Below are positions 34,338 through 44,114 of a stretch of 64,000 nt of DNA, in pieces; within the stretch, counting starts at the first letter, position 1; each line of letters begins with the position of its first letter. The DNA comes from Longimicrobiales bacterium. Lineage in GTDB: Bacteria > Gemmatimonadota > Gemmatimonadetes > Longimicrobiales > Gaopeijiaceae. The stretch covers positions 446 to 64,445 of the forward strand of contig JBEBGN010000004.1 in assembly GCA_040081395.1 (NCBI GenBank). Reading direction: 5' to 3'. The translations under genes and the position numbers were made by a program. The notes beneath the pieces are model-generated. The model did no database searches. It saw nothing but the letters and a program-made list of their open reading frames with translations, and was not told the origin of the DNA.

Positions 34338-36100
34338 TGGAGAACCTCGACGTCGCCCGCGAGCTCACCCTGCTCGCCGACTTGCTGGAAATCCAAGGCG
34401 CGAACCCCTTCCGCATCCGCGCCTATCGGAACGCGGTCAACACCATCGAGGGACTCTCTCGTCCGTTGTACGAGATGGTCGCGGCGGGCGAAGATCTCAC
34501 GGAGCTGCCGGCCATCGGGGACAACGTGGCTGCCCACGTCGTCGAGCTGCTCCAGACGGGCTCGATCGGCCGTCTGCGCGAGGTCGAGGCCGAATTCCCG
34601 CGCTCGCTCGTCGAACTCATGGCGCTGGATGGTCTAGGCCCCAAGAAGGCGCGTAAGCTATTCGAGGACTTGGGCGTGCGAACCATCGACGACCTGGCTG
34701 CGGCTCTGGACACAGGGAAGGTCGAGGTGTTGGAGGGCTTCGGCGCGAAGAGCGTATCGAAGCTGCGCAACTCGATCGAGGCCCACAGGAAGCGCACGGG
34801 CCGCCCGCGCCTGGACGAGGCCGAACTGCTCATCGCCGGGCTGCTCGAGCACATGAAGCGTGCGCCCGGTGCCAAGCGGCTCGAGGTCGCTGGAAGCTTG
34901 CGTCGACGGCGCGAGACCATCGGCGACGTCGACCTCCTTGTGCAGGCCGAGGGGGACGGCACGCCCATCGTCGAGCACTTCACGTCCTTCGAGGGTGCGG
35001 CCCGCGCCGAGGCAGCCGGGCCCACGAAGGGGAGCGTCGTCCTGACGTCAGGCCTCCAGGTCGACCTCAGGGTGGTCCCCAAGAGGTCGTTCGGTGCCGC
35101 GCTCGTGTACTTCACCGGATCGAAGGACCACAACGTGGCTATCCGCACCCGCGCCGTGCGCGATGGGCTCCGGGTCAACGAGTGGGGTGTCTACCAGGTG
35201 CCCGAGGACGTCGACCCCACGACGCTCGGCCCGACCGACGGGAAGCGGCTCGCAGGGGACACCGAGGAGTCGGTCTACGAGGCCTTGGGCCTGGCCTGGA
35301 TCCCTCCAGAACTGCGGGAGAATCGGGGGGAGGTCGAGGCTGCAGCAAAGGACACGCTGCCCCGACTCATCGAGCTCGGCGACCTGCGCGGCGACCTCCA
35401 GATGCACTCCACCTGGAGTGACGGGAAGGCATCCATCGAGACCATGGCGCGTGCGTGCGCGACCCGTGGCTACGAGTATCTTGCGATCACCGACCACAGC
35501 GGTGCGATGGCCATGCTCGAAGGGCTCGACGCGAAGCGCGCGCGCAAGCAGTGGCAGGAGATCGAGCAGGTGCGCGAGAAGGTGCCCGAGATCGAGATCC
35601 TCCGGAGCGCCGAGGTCGACATTCTCAAGGATGGCACGCTGGACCTGCCGGACGACGTGCTCGAGGAGCTGGACCTCGTGTTGGTGTCCATCCATTCCTT
35701 CTTCGATCTGGACAAGAAGAGAATGACCGACCGAGTGCTCAAGGCGATGAGCCATCCCGCGGTGGACATACTCGCGCACCCGACGGGCCGTCAGATCAAC
35801 CGACGCGACCCCATCGCCCTCGACGTCGAGGCCGTGCTCGAGGCCGCCGCGGAACTGTCCGTCGCGGTCGAGATCAACGCCAATCCTCGGCGGCTGGACC
35901 TCAACGAGGCGCACGCGCACCGCGCCAAGGAACTCGGCGTGCCCCTCGTGATCAGCACGGACGCGCATTCGCCATCGGGACTCGACGATATGCGCTTTGG
36001 CGTCGATCAGGCCCGTCGCGCCTGGCTCGAGTCGAAAGACGTGCTGAACACCCGGACCGCGAAGCAGCTGCGGAAGTGGTTGCAGAGGAAGCCGACATGA
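34337..36100 (+). CDS. polX: Family X DNA polymerase with a C-terminal PHP domain (PolX)
   Basis: N-terminal HhH/8-kDa-like (NPFRIRAYRNA), GSLRRRRETIGDVDLLV palm motif, PHP metal ligands (LQMHSTWSDG, ITDHS, HP, STDAH). The GTG overlaps the ligA TAG by 1 nt. Confidence 0.9.
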   Translation: MENLDVARELTLLADLLEIQGANPFRIRAYRNAVNTIEGLSRPLYEMVAAGEDLTELPAIGDNVAAHVVELLQTGSIGRLREVEAEFPRSLVELMALDGLGPKKARKLFEDLGVRTIDDLAAALDTGKVEVLEGFGAKSVSKLRNSIEAHRKRTGRPRLDEAELLIAGLLEHMKRAPGAKRLEVAGSLRRRRETIGDVDLLVQAEGDGTPIVEHFTSFEGAARAEAAGPTKGSVVLTSGLQVDLRVVPKRSFGAALVYFTGSKDHNVAIRTRAVRDGLRVNEWGVYQVPEDVDPTTLGPTDGKRLAGDTEESVYEALGLAWIPPELRENRGEVEAAAKDTLPRLIELGDLRGDLQMHSTWSDGKASIETMARACATRGYEYLAITDHSGAMAMLEGLDAKRARKQWQEIEQVREKVPEIEILRSAEVDILKDGTLDLPDDVLEELDLVLVSIHSFFDLDKKRMTDRVLKAMSHPAVDILAHPTGRQINRRDPIALDVEAVLEAAAELSVAVEINANPRRLDLNEAHAHRAKELGVPLVISTDAHSPSGLDDMRFGVDQARRAWLESKDVLNTRTAKQLRKWLQRKPT

Positions 36101-37242
36101 GACAGGAGGCCCACAGGCTGTACGAAGCGATCGACCGGTGGGAACGCTCGGGCCTGATCGACGCCGACACCGCGTCCCGACTGCGCGTCGACGTGAGTCA
36201 CGAAGCGAGCGCCGGTACGCTGCGGCTATCCCGGTACCTGTTGGCGGTGACCGGAGGGGTGGTCCTCCTCATCGCTGGGGGTGTCTTCCTGGATTGGGCG
36301 TGGCCCCTGATCGGTGACGGAGCCCGCGCCCTCGTCCTGGCGGCTGCGGGCGCGGTCGTGGTGACGGTCGGCGTCGCACTGGAAGAGCGCACGGAGCGAT
36401 GGAGGCCGGCCGCATATCTCATGCAGACGGCGGGTCTGGGGCTGCTCTTCTCGGCCTTCGTTTACTCGCGCCGGGCATGGGCGGACCTCAGCCTGGGTGG
36501 GGTCCTGGTAGGTGTGTTGTCCCTCGTCGTGCCGATCGTGCTGGCACCACGCGCGATGAGGCGCAATCGCGTCATGCCTGCGGTGCATCTCGCGTTCGGC
36601 CTGGCCTTCCTCGCGGTCTTCCTGGAGCGCGCTACCCCGCTCTCCGAGGATGCCATCATCTGGGTGCTCGACGCCGTACTCCTGGCCACGCTGCTGATGC
36701 TCTCCCGCGCGCTATCGAGCGAGGGGGGTGTCGAGCGCCACCCCTGGATGGTCAACGCACTCGTGACCGCGATGGGCTCGGGTTTCCTGTTGGTCACCTG
36801 GACCGGGCTCGGCCCGCTCGACCTCTCGGAAGATGCCATCTGGCCACTCGACCTCTGGCTGGCGCTGACGGTCGGGCTCGGGGTCTGGGGCATCGAGCGA
36901 GGCCCACCCAGCCTCTCCCGCGAGTGGCTCGGCGACCTACTCGCCTGGCTCCTCGTCGCCTGGATCGCGTTGGGATTCTACACCTCGCTGGAGGCGCTCG
37001 ACGGGCCGCCCGAGCTTCCGCTCCTTTTGGTGGGCGGCGCGGGCGTCGCGGCCTTCGTATACGCGAACGGCCGCGGACTGCGCTCCCTCATGGGCGCGGC
37101 GACCCTCGCGTTCGTGGCCCCGCTCTGGTACTGGGCGGTGGACCGCGGTGGTGCACTGGGTGCCGTTGCGGCCCTAGTCGCCACCGCGGGCATCCTGTTC
37201 TGGGTGTCGGGACGCATCGGGAAGCGACCCGCGGCGGGGTAG
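36097..37242 (+). CDS. DUF2157-like polytopic membrane protein
   Basis: N-terminal soluble helix (LYEAIDRWERSGLIDADTASRL) followed by ~10 hydrophobic segments. The ATG overlaps the polX TGA (ATGA at 36097-36100). Confidence 0.6.
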   Translation: MRQEAHRLYEAIDRWERSGLIDADTASRLRVDVSHEASAGTLRLSRYLLAVTGGVVLLIAGGVFLDWAWPLIGDGARALVLAAAGAVVVTVGVALEERTERWRPAAYLMQTAGLGLLFSAFVYSRRAWADLSLGGVLVGVLSLVVPIVLAPRAMRRNRVMPAVHLAFGLAFLAVFLERATPLSEDAIIWVLDAVLLATLLMLSRALSSEGGVERHPWMVNALVTAMGSGFLLVTWTGLGPLDLSEDAIWPLDLWLALTVGLGVWGIERGPPSLSREWLGDLLAWLLVAWIALGFYTSLEALDGPPELPLLLVGGAGVAAFVYANGRGLRSLMGAATLAFVAPLWYWAVDRGGALGAVAALVATAGILFWVSGRIGKRPAAG

Positions 37243-37314
37243 GCGGCCCGGCAAGGCCCGGGTAGCTTCTTCCCCTCACCAGGAATCCGAGCATAGATAA
37301 GGAGCCTCGCTTCC

Positions 37315-38205
37315 ATGTTGCCGATCGACCTCACGGGCAAGCGCGCCTTCGTCGCGGGCGTAGCCGACGACAAGGGGTACGGGTGGGCCATCGTGCGCGC
37401 GCTCGCGCAGGCTGGCGCATCGGTCTGCGTGGGGACCTGGCCTCCTGTGCTGCGCATCTTCACCAAGAGCTTGGAGCGCGGGAAGCTCGATCTGTCGATT
37501 CCCGGCGGCGGCGAGATCGCCTTCGAGAAGGTCTATCCGCTCGACGCGGTGTTCGACTCGCCGTCAGACGTGCCCGAGGACATTCGGACAGACAAGCGCT
37601 ACATCGAGCTGACCGGGTACACGATGCAGGAGGTCGCGGATCAGGTGCGTGCGGACTTCGGCGCACCCTGCATCGATATTCTAGTGCACTCGCTCGCCAA
37701 CGGCCCGGAGGTCCAGAAGCCGCTGCTCGAGACCAGTCGCGGCGGATATCTCGCGGCGGTGAGCGCGAGTGCGTTTTCCATGGTGAGCATGGTCCAGCGT
37801 TTCGGGCCGCTCGCGCGGCCCGGCTCGTCGCTGGTATCGCTCTCGTACCTCGCTGCGGAGCGGGTCATTCCTGGCTACGGCGGAGGCATGAGCTCCGCCA
37901 AGGCCGCGTTGGAGAGCGACACACGCACCCTCGCCTTCGAGGCCGGCCGCAAGTATGGCATGCGGGTGAATACCATCAGCGCGGGACCGCTCGCCAGCCG
38001 CGCGGCCAAAGCGATCGGCACCATCGACAAGATGGTCGACTACTACCGCGCGAACGCCGCGCTCCCCGAGGCCAACACCGCCGACGAAGTCGGGTGGGCC
38101 ACTGCCTTTCTTTGCTCCTCGCTCGGCTCGGGCATCACCGGCGAGACGCTGCACGTCGACAAGGGCTACCACATCATGGGAATGCCGGCGGCGCCCCAGC
38201 TGTGA
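37315..38205 (+). CDS. fabI: Enoyl-[acyl-carrier-protein] reductase (NADH), FabI
   Basis: [19 protein letters not shown] (long-form FabI N-terminus), [24 protein letters not shown] (Y...K catalytic pair). aaggag SD upstream. Confidence 0.9.
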   Translation: MLPIDLTGKRAFVAGVADDKGYGWAIVRALAQAGASVCVGTWPPVLRIFTKSLERGKLDLSIPGGGEIAFEKVYPLDAVFDSPSDVPEDIRTDKRYIELTGYTMQEVADQVRADFGAPCIDILVHSLANGPEVQKPLLETSRGGYLAAVSASAFSMVSMVQRFGPLARPGSSLVSLSYLAAERVIPGYGGGMSSAKAALESDTRTLAFEAGRKYGMRVNTISAGPLASRAAKAIGTIDKMVDYYRANAALPEANTADEVGWATAFLCSSLGSGITGETLHVDKGYHIMGMPAAPQL

Positions 38206-39566
38206 CGGTCTCGCGGGCCTTCGGCTCCCGTCTGCCGGACATGCGGGTGCCCATCCCGGGTCCGGCGTCGAAGGACTTGGCGGACAGACTGCGAGCCGTC
38301 GAGTCGCGCAACGTCACGTGGCTGAGCGACGACTGGCCGATCTTCTGGGAGGAAGCCGCGGGGGCCAACGTCCGCGACGCCGACGGTAACGTCTACGTCG
38401 ACCTGTGCGCCGGCTTCGGCGTCGCGCTGCTCGGGCACTCCCACCCCTCTGTCGTGGCCGCGGTGAGCGAGCAGGCGCGTCGCCTGATTCACGGCATGGG
38501 CGACGTCCACCCACCGACCCTCCGCGTCGAGTTGCTCGAGCGCCTACGCGACCTCGCTCCCTGGCCGGAGGCCCGCGCGGTGCTCGCCTCGACGGGCTCC
38601 GAGGCCGTCGAGATCGCGCTCAAGACCGCACAGCTCCGCAGCGGCCACGCGGGTGTGCTCGCGTTCGAGGGCGGCTACCATGGCCTCACGATGGGGTCGC
38701 TCGCGACGACGGCTCGCCAGACCTTTCGTCGCCCCTTCGCCAAGAAGCTCTACCGGGGCGTGGCGTTCGCGCCCTATCCGCTGGCAGGGCCGCGCTCCGG
38801 TGTGAGCGCGGCGGCCACACTCGATTTCGTGCGTCGCGCGCTCAGGGACGGCGCGCCGAACGGGGACCCTATCGGAGCCATGATCATCGAGCCCGTCCAG
38901 GGGCGGGCCGGGGCGCGCGTCGCGCCCGGGGGCTTCATGGCCGACGTATCCGCGTTGGCGCGCGAGGCCGGCGTGGTCATCATCGCCGACGAGATCCTCA
39001 CGGGAATGGGACGCTGCGGCGCGATGCTGGCAACGACGCGCGTAGGCCTCTTGCCGGATCTCGTGTGCGTGGGCAAGGCCCTGGGCGGCGGACTGCCACT
39101 GTCGGCGTGCATCGGCAGGAGCACCGTGATGGACGCGTGGCCCGCGAGCGATGGCGAAGCGATCCACACCAGCACCTTTCTCGGTCATCCGCTCGCCTGT
39201 GCCTCTGCACTCGCCGCGCTCGATCGCTACGGCCCGGAGTCCGTGTTGGCGCGGGTGGAGGCCCTGGGTGAGCGGCTCCGGACCCGTCTCGGGGAGCGAC
39301 TTTCCCCGGAGGGGGGTGTAAAGGAGGTACGCGGCTTGGGGCTCCTGATCGGGATCGAGTTGATCTCGGACCGGCCCGCCCCTGCCGCGCGAGTCGCCGC
39401 TGCCGCGCTGCGCGAAGGTGTGATCGTCTTGCCGGCGGGGGAGGCGGGGCAGGTCGTAGAGTTGACGCCGTCGGTCGCGTTGACCGACGAGCAGGCGGAC
39501 CACGCCGTGGAGGTATTGGTGAGGGCGATCGCAGCGCAGCAGGTGACGAGCGAAGGGACGAAGTAG
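38202..39566 (+). CDS. Class III pyridoxal-phosphate aminotransferase (acetylornithine/GABA aminotransferase-like)
   Basis: [29 protein letters not shown] (PLP Lys). The GTG at 38202 overlaps the fabI TGA; an ATG alternative is at 38241. Confidence 0.85.
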   Translation: MTVSRAFGSRLPDMRVPIPGPASKDLADRLRAVESRNVTWLSDDWPIFWEEAAGANVRDADGNVYVDLCAGFGVALLGHSHPSVVAAVSEQARRLIHGMGDVHPPTLRVELLERLRDLAPWPEARAVLASTGSEAVEIALKTAQLRSGHAGVLAFEGGYHGLTMGSLATTARQTFRRPFAKKLYRGVAFAPYPLAGPRSGVSAAATLDFVRRALRDGAPNGDPIGAMIIEPVQGRAGARVAPGGFMADVSALAREAGVVIIADEILTGMGRCGAMLATTRVGLLPDLVCVGKALGGGLPLSACIGRSTVMDAWPASDGEAIHTSTFLGHPLACASALAALDRYGPESVLARVEALGERLRTRLGERLSPEGGVKEVRGLGLLIGIELISDRPAPAARVAAAALREGVIVLPAGEAGQVVELTPSVALTDEQADHAVEVLVRAIAAQQVTSEGTK

Positions 39567-39568
39567 AC

Positions 39569-40270
39569 GTGCGTAGGCGCTTGCTCGTCGTTGTGGTTCT
39601 CGCGGCGGGTTGGCTCTCCTCGATGGCCGCTGGCCCACGGCCGAGCGAGGGGCCACCGCCGGCTCGGCTGGACGTGCCCGTCGTCCTCGTGCCCGGTTGG
39701 TTCGATACCGCGCGGGATCTCGCGGCGCTCAAGATCCGATTGCTCGGGGCGGGTGCGGCGCACGTGGAGACGCTGACCTTCCAGGAGCCCACCGGAAGCA
39801 ACCGCGAGCATGCTCAGGAGATCGACTCGCTGGTCAGCCAGGTGCTCCGCGAATCCGGGGCGGATCAGGTCGACATCGTCGCCCACTCGATGGGAGGGCT
39901 CGCCACCCGTTGGTACTTGAAGACGCGTCCCGAAGCACCGGTGCGCCGCACCGTGTTCATCGCGTCTCCGCACCATGGCACCTATACTGCGCTCGTGGCC
40001 TGGGGCGAGGGGCGTGACGAGATGATGCCGGATAGCGAGTTCCTGGCATCTCTGAACTCCGGAGCGCCCCTGCCGGAGGGCATCGAGGCCATGACGATCC
40101 GCACGCCCATCGACACGCACGTACTTCCCGGCGAGAGCGCCACGCTCCCGGGAGTGGAGGACCACACCGTCTGCTGCCCGACCCATCAGGGGCTGCTGCG
40201 CAGTGACGACGTTTTCTATCTCGTGATCGACTTCCTCGAGCGCACCGGACCGCCGGCGGAGCCTCGTTGA
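39569..40270 (+). CDS. Secreted alpha/beta hydrolase (lipase class 2 / PGAP1-like)
   Basis: Signal peptide; nucleophile elbow VAHSMGG; PVVLVPGW oxyanion region. Confidence 0.75.
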   Translation: MRRRLLVVVVLAAGWLSSMAAGPRPSEGPPPARLDVPVVLVPGWFDTARDLAALKIRLLGAGAAHVETLTFQEPTGSNREHAQEIDSLVSQVLRESGADQVDIVAHSMGGLATRWYLKTRPEAPVRRTVFIASPHHGTYTALVAWGEGRDEMMPDSEFLASLNSGAPLPEGIEAMTIRTPIDTHVLPGESATLPGVEDHTVCCPTHQGLLRSDDVFYLVIDFLERTGPPAEPR

Positions 40271-40929
40271 CGGCAACGCGCGGCTGGAGTGGCGTTTTCT
40301 TCGATCTGGATGGCACGCTGGCGGATACCGTCGAGCTCATCCTCATGAGCTACCGGCACACCATGCGCGCCCATTTGGGGGAAGCGCCCCCCGACGCGCG
40401 CTGGCTCGCGACGCTCGGGACGCCCCTCCGCGATCAGCTCGGTGACTTCGCGCGCGACGAAGACGAGGCCGCGGCCATGCTCGCGACCTACACGGAGTTC
40501 CAGCGCCGAATCCACGACGAGATGGTGAAGCCGTTCCCCGGCGCGGTCGAGCTGCTGGATACCCTGCGGTCGCGAGGATCGAAGTTGGCCGTCGTCACGA
40601 GCAAGCGCGGACAGGTCGCGCGCCGCACGCTCGAGGTCTGTGGCCTCGCCGACGCGATCGATTTCGTGGTGTCGGCGGAGGACGTCCGAAGGGGAAAGCC
40701 CGATCCGGAAGCGGTGCACGTCGCTCTGGAAGCCCTCGGCCTCGCGACAATGGCGCGCGAGGTGCTCTTCGTGGGCGACTCGCCGTTCGACCTGCGTGCG
40801 GGCCGCGCGGCGGGCACGCGAACCGCCGCTGCGCCGTGGGGCGCCTTCGACAGGGCCGCGTTGGAGGTGGAAGCGCCCGACTACGTCCTGAGGGGACTCG
40901 GCGACGTGCTCGAGATCGCGCCCGACTAG
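40267..40929 (+). CDS. HAD-superfamily hydrolase (phosphoglycolate phosphatase / PpaX-like)
   Basis: FFDLDGTLADT (motif I), VTSK (motif II), GDSPFD (motif IV). The TTG start overlaps the lipase TGA. Confidence 0.85.
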   Translation: MTATRGWSGVFFDLDGTLADTVELILMSYRHTMRAHLGEAPPDARWLATLGTPLRDQLGDFARDEDEAAAMLATYTEFQRRIHDEMVKPFPGAVELLDTLRSRGSKLAVVTSKRGQVARRTLEVCGLADAIDFVVSAEDVRRGKPDPEAVHVALEALGLATMAREVLFVGDSPFDLRAGRAAGTRTAAAPWGAFDRAALEVEAPDYVLRGLGDVLEIAPD

Positions 40930-41241
40930 CTACTCGGCCCGCGAGGTCGCGAAGTCGATCTGTTCCGCTACGTCGAGGTCCTTGCCGGTGATCCCCCCGA
41001 GGTCGTGCGTCGTCAGCGACACCGTGACCTTGGAAAAGCGAACGTCGATGTCCGGGTGGTGGTTGAAGTGGTCAGCGACCGACGCGATGCGGTTGACGAA
41101 CACAATCGAGTCCCGGAACGACGAGAAGACGAAGTCCTTGGTCAGCTTGTTCGCCTGACGCTTCCACCCGCGGTGGGTCGTCAGCCAGCCCTTGATGGAC
41201 TCGGCAGTCAGCTTCTCGAGCGTGCGCGTTGCGGGCATCAC
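40930..41241 (-). CDS. phhB: 4a-hydroxytetrahydrobiopterin dehydratase (pterin-4-alpha-carbinolamine dehydratase)
   Basis: NHHPDIDVRFSKVTVSLTTHD signature. Its stop directly abuts the HAD stop (convergent). Confidence 0.9.
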   Translation of the reverse strand: MMPATRTLEKLTAESIKGWLTTHRGWKRQANKLTKDFVFSSFRDSIVFVNRIASVADHFNHHPDIDVRFSKVTVSLTTHDLGGITGKDLDVAEQIDFATSRAE

Positions 41242-41304
41242 GGCTACCCCGGCGGAGGATTCCTACCCGTCTGTGACACCTCGGGCGGGCAAGTCGTTGA
41301 GGGG

Positions 41305-41334
41305 TTGACGCTTGAGACGACACCTCCTTAAGAT
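41305..41334 (+). promoter_or_regulatory. Sigma-70-like promoter candidate for the tRNA pair
   Basis: TTGACG (41305-41310), 17-18 nt spacer, TTAAGAT (41328-41334), about 45 nt upstream of tRNA-Glu. Followed by a 9-bp hairpin ctcccctcc/ggaggggag (41338-41364). Confidence 0.4.
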
Positions 41335-41376
41335 TGCTCCCCTCCTGCCACCGGGAGGGGAGCATTGCGTACGGAC

Positions 41377-41449
41377 GCCCTCATCGTCTAGTGGCCTAGG
41401 ATAACGCCCTCTCACGGCGTAGACCGGGGTTCGAGTCCCCGTGGGGGTA
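41377..41449 (+). tRNA. tRNA-Glu (anticodon CUC)
   Basis: Hand-folded cloverleaf: acceptor gccctca/tgggggt (2 G-U pairs), anticodon stem acgcc/ggcgt with loop ctCTCac, T arm cgggg-ttcgagt-ccccg. No encoded CCA. Confidence 0.9.
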
Positions 41450-41471
41450 TGGGCGGTAGCGCCTCGCCCGA

Positions 41472-41543
41472 GGTCGCTTAGCTCAGCGGTAGAGCACCAC
41501 GCTCACATCGTGGGGGTCGCAGGTTCAAATCCTGCAGCGACCA
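41472..41543 (+). tRNA. tRNA-Val (anticodon CAC)
   Basis: Acceptor ggtcgct/agcgacc, D arm gctc-agcggta-gagc, anticodon stem ccacg/cgtgg with loop ctCACat, T arm gcagg-ttcaaat-cctgc. Confidence 0.9.
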
Positions 41544-41645
41544 TGCGGACCAGGCTCGGGGCCGGAACGGCCCCGAGCAGGTTGTCACAAGCGTGCCGCG
41601 CAAACCGTTCCAGAGGCACTCGTTCTCTCGCCTCGGTTCTCGCCC

Positions 41646-42923
41646 ATGCTTTCGTCACTTCGCGTTGCCCTGCTGACCGCCGCTCTGTGCCTAGGGTGCA
41701 GCGATCCATCCGGCCCAGGCCCCGGTGTGGACCCGATCACGGAGCTGCCCCGCCCGCTCACCGCGAACGAGCAAGCGGTGATCGCCGCCTCGAACCTGTT
41801 CGGCTTCGACCTCGCTTCGCGCGTGGTGGCCAACGACCCGCGCGCCAACGTGGTCCTGTCCCCCCTCAGTGCCTCGATGGCGCTCGGCATGGCCCTCAAC
41901 GGCGCGGATGGCACGACCTTCACGGCCATGCGCGATGCGCTGGGCTTCGGCGGCCTGACCCAGCAAGAGGTCAACGCCTCCTACCGCGATCTCATCGACC
42001 TCCTCACCGATCTCGACCCCACGGTCCAGTTCGAGATCGCCAATGCGATCTGGGCCAACCAGGGCGTGCCTTTCCACCAGGCGTTCTTCGACGCCGTGGC
42101 CGCGGCGTTCGACGCACGCGCCGAGTCGAGGGACTTTGCCGATCCTGCCACCCTGGACGCGATCAACGCCTGGGTGGAGGACCATACCGGAGGGCTCATC
42201 GACAGCATCCTCGATTCGCTCGACCCGGCGTTGGTCATGCTGCTCGTCAACGCGATCTACTTCGACGGAGCGTGGACGGCCCAGTTCGATCCCGCCGACA
42301 CGCGACGCCAATTCTTCATGCGCGGCAACGGTTCGACCGTCGACGTCGATATGATGACGATGGAAGATCCCGAAGTGCGTGGCGGGTACGGTGCGACCTA
42401 CTCGGCCGTCGAGTTGCCGTACGGCGGAGACGCGTTCTCCATGGTGATCGTCCTCCCGCACCAGGGCACCAGCGCGCGAGACTGGCTCGCCACGCTCGAC
42501 GCGAACGGCTGGACGTCTCTGGTGGGCGGGCTGGGGCCGAGCAACGTGGAGTACTTGGCCCTGCCGAAGTTCACGCTCACGTTCGACTCGTACCTGAACG
42601 AGCCTCTTCAGGCGATGGGCATGGACCCTGCGTTCCACCCTGGAGCCGACTTCACGAACATGTCGCCGATCGGCGACCAACTGTGCATCGGATTCGTGCG
42701 GCAGAAGACGTACATCGAAGTCGACGAGCGCGGCACGCGGGCCGCCGCCGTGACGGCCGTGGGTGTGAGCGTCACGTCCGCCGGGGGCAGCTTCGTGGTC
42801 GACCGCCCCTTCGCCTTCGCCATACGAGAGCGACTGTCCGGCACGGTGTTGTTCGTCGGACTCGTCGAGGACCCGACTGCGCAGGACACCGGACCCGAGC
42901 CCTTCACGACCGACTGCGGTTAG
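41646..42923 (+). CDS. Serpin-family serine protease inhibitor, lipoprotein
   Basis: Lipobox LCLGCSD. Serpin blocks (SPLSASMALGMA, LVNAIYFDGAW, FTADHPF-like VVDRPFAFAIRE) and reactive-centre hinge ERGTRAAAVTAV. Confidence 0.85.
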   Translation: MLSSLRVALLTAALCLGCSDPSGPGPGVDPITELPRPLTANEQAVIAASNLFGFDLASRVVANDPRANVVLSPLSASMALGMALNGADGTTFTAMRDALGFGGLTQQEVNASYRDLIDLLTDLDPTVQFEIANAIWANQGVPFHQAFFDAVAAAFDARAESRDFADPATLDAINAWVEDHTGGLIDSILDSLDPALVMLLVNAIYFDGAWTAQFDPADTRRQFFMRGNGSTVDVDMMTMEDPEVRGGYGATYSAVELPYGGDAFSMVIVLPHQGTSARDWLATLDANGWTSLVGGLGPSNVEYLALPKFTLTFDSYLNEPLQAMGMDPAFHPGADFTNMSPIGDQLCIGFVRQKTYIEVDERGTRAAAVTAVGVSVTSAGGSFVVDRPFAFAIRERLSGTVLFVGLVEDPTAQDTGPEPFTTDCG

Positions 42924-42932
42924 CCGGTCGAC

Positions 42933-43316
42933 TCAAGCGGCGCGCTGGAAGATCGAGGCGGCCAGAGCGGCGCCGATCGCCGCGGCCAGTACACCCGCAC
43001 CCATCGATCCCATGGTGTAGGCCCCGGCTCGCCACCACGCGCCGAGGCGCACCATTTCCAGCGCCTCGAAGCTGATCGCGCTGAAGGTGGTGAAGGAGCC
43101 GAGGAATCCGACGACGAGCAGCTCGCGAGCGGCGGGTGCCGAGACCACCGATTGCAGCCAGATGGCCACGAAGCCGATGGCCAGCGAACCGGACAGGTTC
43201 ACCGCGAGGGTGCCCCAGGGCAGATAGGCTCCGGCGGCACCCTGCACCCAGCCCCCGAGCAGATAACGCGCGAGCGCTCCGGCTGCACCTCCGAGTGCCA
43301 CGGCCAACAGTGTCAT
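42933..43316 (-). CDS. crcB: Fluoride ion channel CrcB/Fluc
   Basis: GGAAGALARY, GTLAVNLSGS, GFLGSFTTFS conserved CrcB motifs. Start at the ATG at 43316 (alternative upstream ATG at 43352). Confidence 0.85.
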   Translation of the reverse strand: MTLLAVALGGAAGALARYLLGGWVQGAAGAYLPWGTLAVNLSGSLAIGFVAIWLQSVVSAPAARELLVVGFLGSFTTFSAISFEALEMVRLGAWWRAGAYTMGSMGAGVLAAAIGAALAASIFQRAA

Positions 43317-43370
43317 GGCCGAAAGGATGGCCCCCCGCGTGTGGCACGCCAAGGGAGGTCGAAATGAAAG

Positions 43371-43401
43371 GACCCGGGCCGGCGCGAGGCCGACCCGGGT
43401 C
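43371..43401 (-). terminator. Rho-independent-type terminator of the OmpA-like gene
   Basis: gacccggg...cccgggtc inverted repeat. On the minus strand it is followed by ctttcatttc, 30 nt after the stop at 43431. Confidence 0.5.
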
Positions 43402-43430
43402 CGATGGACCTGCGATGGCGACGTCTCGGG

Positions 43431-44114
43431 CTATTGGGTCGAGTCGTCGGTGATGGTCGGCATGGCCGGGGCCTCGCCGTTGTGGTCGATGACGAGCACC
43501 ACTCGGCGGTTCTGCCAGCCTGCCATCCCAGGTCCCTGATCCGCGGGGACTACGAGACGGGACGTGTCTTCACCGTACGAAACCGCGCGGATCTGCTCTT
43601 GCGCGATGCCGGCGCCCACGAGGTACTCGCGTACCGCACCAGCGCGCCGCAGGCCGAGGGCGGTGTTGAACTCCGCGGAGCCAGCCGGATCCGTGAACCC
43701 TTCGACCGTGACCAAGGCGCCCGGGTAGTACTCGCGAGCCACCGCCTGGAAGCGGTCGAGCACCGCCTGGTCGTCCTGCTCCACCGTCGCGTCGTTGAAC
43801 GCGAAGTAGACGGGGACGTCGAAGCGGAGCTGATCCTCGAGGCGCGTGATGGCGACTTCGAAATCTTGCTCGAGCTGGTTCAGGTCCCCCTCGAGGGCGG
43901 CCTGTCGCTGCTCCACCGTGCTGATGCGGCCGGCCAACCGCTGTGACGTGGCTTCGTCTCCAGCCTGCATCTCGCGCTGCATGTCGGCCCTGAGTGCCGC
44001 GAGGCTCGCGTCGAGCTCCTCCGGCTTGACCCTGGAGCAGGCACCTGCGGTGACCGCCAGGCTCAGCGCAGACAGGACGGCCAGCCTCCTCCGATTCGTT
44101 CTCATCATGTCCAT
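43431..44114 (-). CDS. OmpA-family peptidoglycan-associated lipoprotein with a coiled-coil N-terminal half
   Basis: Lipobox VTAGACS. C-terminal OmpA_C motifs (FAFNDATV, GFTDPAGSAEFNTALGLRRA, NRRV). Start at the ATG at 44114. Confidence 0.85.
   Translation of the reverse strand: MDMMRTNRRRLAVLSALSLAVTAGACSRVKPEELDASLAALRADMQREMQAGDEATSQRLAGRISTVEQRQAALEGDLNQLEQDFEVAITRLEDQLRFDVPVYFAFNDATVEQDDQAVLDRFQAVAREYYPGALVTVEGFTDPAGSAEFNTALGLRRAGAVREYLVGAGIAQEQIRAVSYGEDTSRLVVPADQGPGMAGWQNRRVVLVIDHNGEAPAMPTITDDSTQ

Noticed and set aside
41377-43352. Genomic island integrated at the tRNA-Glu/tRNA-Val locus, given the serpin as possible cargo.
   Set aside because: There is no integrase, no direct repeat of a tRNA 3' end downstream, and no compositional break visible by eye. 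The flanking genes (phhB, crcB, ompA-like) look like core genes.
43317-43430. Fluoride riboswitch (crcB motif) upstream of crcB.
   Set aside because: The spacer is largely occupied by the terminator hairpin of the upstream OmpA-like gene. I could not find the conserved GGnGAUGG...pseudoknot core of the crcB motif by eye. A cmsearch with RF01734 would settle it.
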